Of a stretch of DNA of 64,000 nucleotides, positions 60,546 to 64,000 are shown in pieces. Numbering within the stretch: position 1 is the stretch's first letter; each line of letters opens with the position of its first letter. Source of the stretch: Antechinus flavipes (taxonomy: Eukaryota); assembly GCF_016432865.1 (NCBI RefSeq), contig NC_067399.1:511624001-511688000 (forward strand), written 5' to 3'. The position numbers and the translations under genes were made by a program. The notes below the pieces were generated by a model. The model ran no database searches, was not told where the DNA came from, and saw nothing but the letters and a program-made list of their open reading frames with translations.

Positions 60546-62306
60546 AATAAATTCTAAATCCTAACTAGCCATATTGTGGTGGATGGAAAGCTGGAAAAGA
60601 AGGAGCCATAGAGATCCGATGTCAAGTTCTTTTTCCAATACACACCGGCTATGATCCCACTCACAACTTCTTAATGTTCTAGACAACTTTAGGATTGCGG
60701 AGAATGTGACAACCTAAATCAGTAGATTCCTTATCTGGAAGTACTCTAGACTAGTGAAATTGTGGATGCAGGCCCCAATACCTCAGGTGATTCAGAGGGT
60801 TGCTATGAAAATCAAATGAAATAATATATGTAAAGTGCTTTATACCCATATAACGCCGTATAAATGTGACCTTTGTACCAATGTGCCTTGCAGCCTTAAT
60901 ACTGGTTGGTTGATTGGTTAACTCGTTAGATCTCACCTGCCTGGTGGGATGGGAGGTAACTGAGTCATCAGACTGTGGCACTCATGTATAGTCTCCAAAA
61001 CTTAATTTTGGCCTCTTGCCTCACATCTAATAAATTGTCAAGTCTTACCCTTTCTATCTCCAACATATTTCTTAAGCCCGCATTTATCATTCCTATATCA
61101 TACTCATATCATCATCCCTAGGATAAGTCTTTAATATTCCCTGCCTGGACTTTTTAATAGCCTCTTAACAGGTCTCACACACCACCCCAACATTTCATTA
61201 TAGTAGACCTTTCATACTACTGCCATACTAATTTTATGGGCAGAGCAAATACAAATGTACAGCACAAGGGAAAAAATTCCAAGGTAAGATGAAAGAAGGT
61301 TGAAAAGGAGACCTGGCTGAGATGGAAAAGGATGGCCTAGGAAGGAAGGAAAGGAGGCTACGGAATTTGTTGAATTTGAAACTCTGGAGACTCCCAGATG
61401 GGTAGCTACCCCAACACTACCAAACTTCCTAATTCTCTTGTACCTTTTCCTAGATTTCAAGATGAATCTATATAAAATAAAAGCACATAGTTCATGGTTT
61501 TAAAAACTTTTATCTTAGCCCATCCCACTCAGCCCCACAAGTGCTACTTAGAATCTGTTGTGGGATGGAAAGAAAGGAGAAGACAGCTTTTATATATATA
61601 TGGAACTGGAAAGAAAGGGAAAGACTGAGAATTTGGGTGTGTGTAGTTGAGGTAGGGAAGATGGAATAGGAAGGGGTTCTGTGACCCCAGGATGGGTGTG
61701 AGGGGGCTGGTTGCTTCAGAAACTAGATGGCCAGTCTAGCAAACAAAGATACCCTTTGGAGGAAGCTGAGCACAGAAAGAAGTAGTGAGGGATAGAAGGT
61801 GGGGGTTGGGGAGAAGGGAGGCCAGGCCAGCTGTTGTCATGGTGCTGGCCATGGCTCTGGGCCTTTTTCCAATTTTCAGGATCCGGCCAAGTGAACAGCC
61901 AATCTCTGCCAACTGGACAGAGTTAACTTCTTAGGGCAAAGGAGGGGAGGGAGGGAAGACTCTGACCCCTACATAGGGTGAGGGGCGGCTATATCTTTGG
62001 GTGAGGAGATTGGGAAGGGAGGCATAGGATTGGACTTGTTTAAAAGGTAATAGGGCAATTTCTTTTTGATCTATAAGGTAATTTATCTGTTATTCGTGTA
62101 GAGACTGTGGGGAGTGGTCAGGGGCCCTTGGAGACTTTGTTAAATGATCTAGTTTCCTGGAAACTGGCTCAGCCTGCATTGCTGTCATAGGGATGCAGAG
62201 GGCAGGGGGAAGACTTACATTCCCCAGTCAGGGAACAAGAGCCTGCCCCTTGTTCTGCCAGGGATAGGAATCTAGGTTTCCCCTGCCACTTGGGTCCCTC
62301 CCAATT

Positions 62307-62771
62307 CTACTTCTCGAGGAGACCAACGATATATATGGGTTCCCCATTAAATTTTTTGTTGCAAAGTAGGTAGACCCGTTGAGTGGAAGTGGTTTCATTG
62401 TACTGGCAGGTGGTGGGCGGCTCCGAGATCACTCGTCGGGTACAGGTGGTAAGAAAAAAGGCATCTTGGCTGATAGTGCAGTACTCGCTGAAGTCCTCGC
62501 AGAAGCTGTCAGGGTTCTTGCAGTTTTTACTTATTTGGTTCCAAGGCGCATGCAGCACGTAGTGGATCCAGGGGCAGTGCTTATCATAACTGTATCCTCG
62601 AACAACGGACATCAGACCATTGCAGTAGCCGTGGAACCCCTTTGCAAATGTAATCTTGGGAAAGTCAACGTGCAGAATACGGAAATTTCTGACTTTGGAG
62701 GATGAGAAGGAGAGGAAGGTCAGAGCTGGTACCAGGAGTAGCTGGAGAACTAGAGTCCTGGCCAGAACCAT
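62307..62771 (-). CDS. RNASE13: Ribonuclease A family member 13 (secreted, probably non-catalytic), 154 aa
   Basis: Acceptor cctcag|gaaagATG (ATG at 62771). Signal peptide MVLARTLVLQLLLVPAL, then KGFHGYCNGLMS, CPWIHYVLHAPW, DSFCE...EYCT, PPTTCQYN, VYLLC; eight Cys. Matches the recalled human RNASE13 and its position next to TPPP2. The 174-aa ORF-track start lies in the intron. Confidence 0.93.
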   Translation of the reverse strand: MVLARTLVLQLLLVPALTFLSFSSSKVRNFRILHVDFPKITFAKGFHGYCNGLMSVVRGYSYDKHCPWIHYVLHAPWNQISKNCKNPDSFCEDFSEYCTISQDAFFLTTCTRRVISEPPTTCQYNETTSTQRVYLLCNKKFNGEPIYIVGLLEK

Positions 62772-64000
62772 CTTTCCTGAGGTGGAGGAAGAACAATAAA
62801 GGGAAGGGAGAGAATAGAGGGCAGGTATCATTCCTTTTCTCCAAAAGGCCTACATCCTCATCCCCAAAATCTCAGCATCCCTCTCTTTTCTTTTCTGTTT
62901 TTCCCTTCTTATTCATGCCAAACACCTTTACCCAGACTGACTCAGCTTAGAGCCCCTCTCCTTACCCAATTCTTAGGTTGAAGCTTGGGTAGACAAAAGA
63001 ATCAGCTGATCCTTAGGCTAGGAATCTCCCTTGGTCTTTTTGGTCCCCTGGCCCAAACTTCTGACCAGTACAGGTAGAGAGTTCCGAAAAGAGAAGGCAG
63101 AAGAAGAGCAGGTGATCCTATCTTCCTCTGGGCTCCTTCCTTCTGAGGCTAGCTGTAACCTGTCACCTGGAAACTGGAGGGGGAGGTGGGATGGAGTAAT
63201 GAGAAGGCAGAGTCTGGAGGCAGACAAAAAACTAGGAGGGTTACTATTTAGAAATCTGGTCAAGGAAACTATTCAAAGGCAAGGTTGGTTGATTGAAAAA
63301 GATCAAAGACAGCATCCTGAACTGATCCATCTTGATAAGATGTGGAACTTTGAGTCAGAATACCTGGTGATTTCATGTTTCCTCTCAACTATTCCCTAAG
63401 GTGAATAGAAAAGGGCTATTTAGTTTATGGAGAACAGAGTGCTCTTGGATCTAATTTGATAGGAACAGAAAGTGACTACGAGGCTTCTTTCTCTCCTACT
63501 CTCTGCAGCCTGCCCAGCATATGTTTCTATTTAGGACTCTGGACTGGGAAACATGTCTGTAGCAACTTTCCATATGCCATCTGAGACCATGGCATCCAAT
63601 CTCTTCTCACTAGACATCATTTGTCTGAATTCAGATTCTGGGTCAGAACCTCTAAGAAAGTCATAAATAAGTCCCTGACCCATCTTTCCACCCACCCTTA
63701 CCACCACCTCCGCATCCTACTGCCTCAACGTGTGCAGGGGCTGGAGCAGGAGTAGAGAATCATAAAGAGTTTTTCTGCTCTGTCCAGGACCCAGTGTTGC
63801 TAGTCTGCAGAGTTAAGAGCATCGTTGGCTTGTTCTTCCCATCAACACTAAGCCTTAGCCACCAGAACTATTCTCTCCCCACCCCTACCACCTCCAGGAA
63901 ACAATTCGGCAGTTTCACTCCCTTATCTCATGGTCTATGTGTCCACAAGGTATTGGCTTGGAACTGGAACTTTCAGCTGTTAGAGGTCACTCCTGTGCTG

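Overview
Mammalian genomic DNA, most likely marsupial. This is inferred from the L1, L2, MIR and MAR1/WSINE-type SINE content and from divergence from recalled human proteins. The gene order matches human 14q11.2. Five intact genes were reconstructed exon by exon with GT-AG boundaries and continuous frames: METTL17 (+, 14 coding exons, 460 aa), SLC39A2/ZIP2 (+, 4 exons, 312 aa), NDRG2 (-, 15 coding exons, 369 aa, CpG-island promoter), TPPP2 (+, 3 coding exons, 168 aa) and RNASE13 (-, one coding exon, 154 aa). A decayed RNase A-superfamily pseudogene lies at about 4.1-4.5 kb (-). The rest is mostly retrotransposon debris, two solo LTRs, hAT-like relics, microsatellites and two 134-N assembly gaps. 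No rRNA, tRNA gene or CRISPR array is supported, and I found no wholly new multi-gene system. The best leads are the RNase pseudogene, whose His12 and Lys41 codons each sit one transition from intact; an RNASE13 that keeps the His12-equivalent; a 155/156-identical direct repeat bracketing two NDRG2 exons; loss of one Ser-Arg unit in the NDRG2 Akt/SGK1 phospho-tail; a WP-to-LA change in a conserved METTL17 motif that looks like a compensated frameshift; and a sense-strand solo LTR with AATAAA inside TPPP2. Comparisons with human or mouse proteins are from memory and need confirming by alignment. Repeat boundaries are approximate unless target-site duplications (TSDs) are given.
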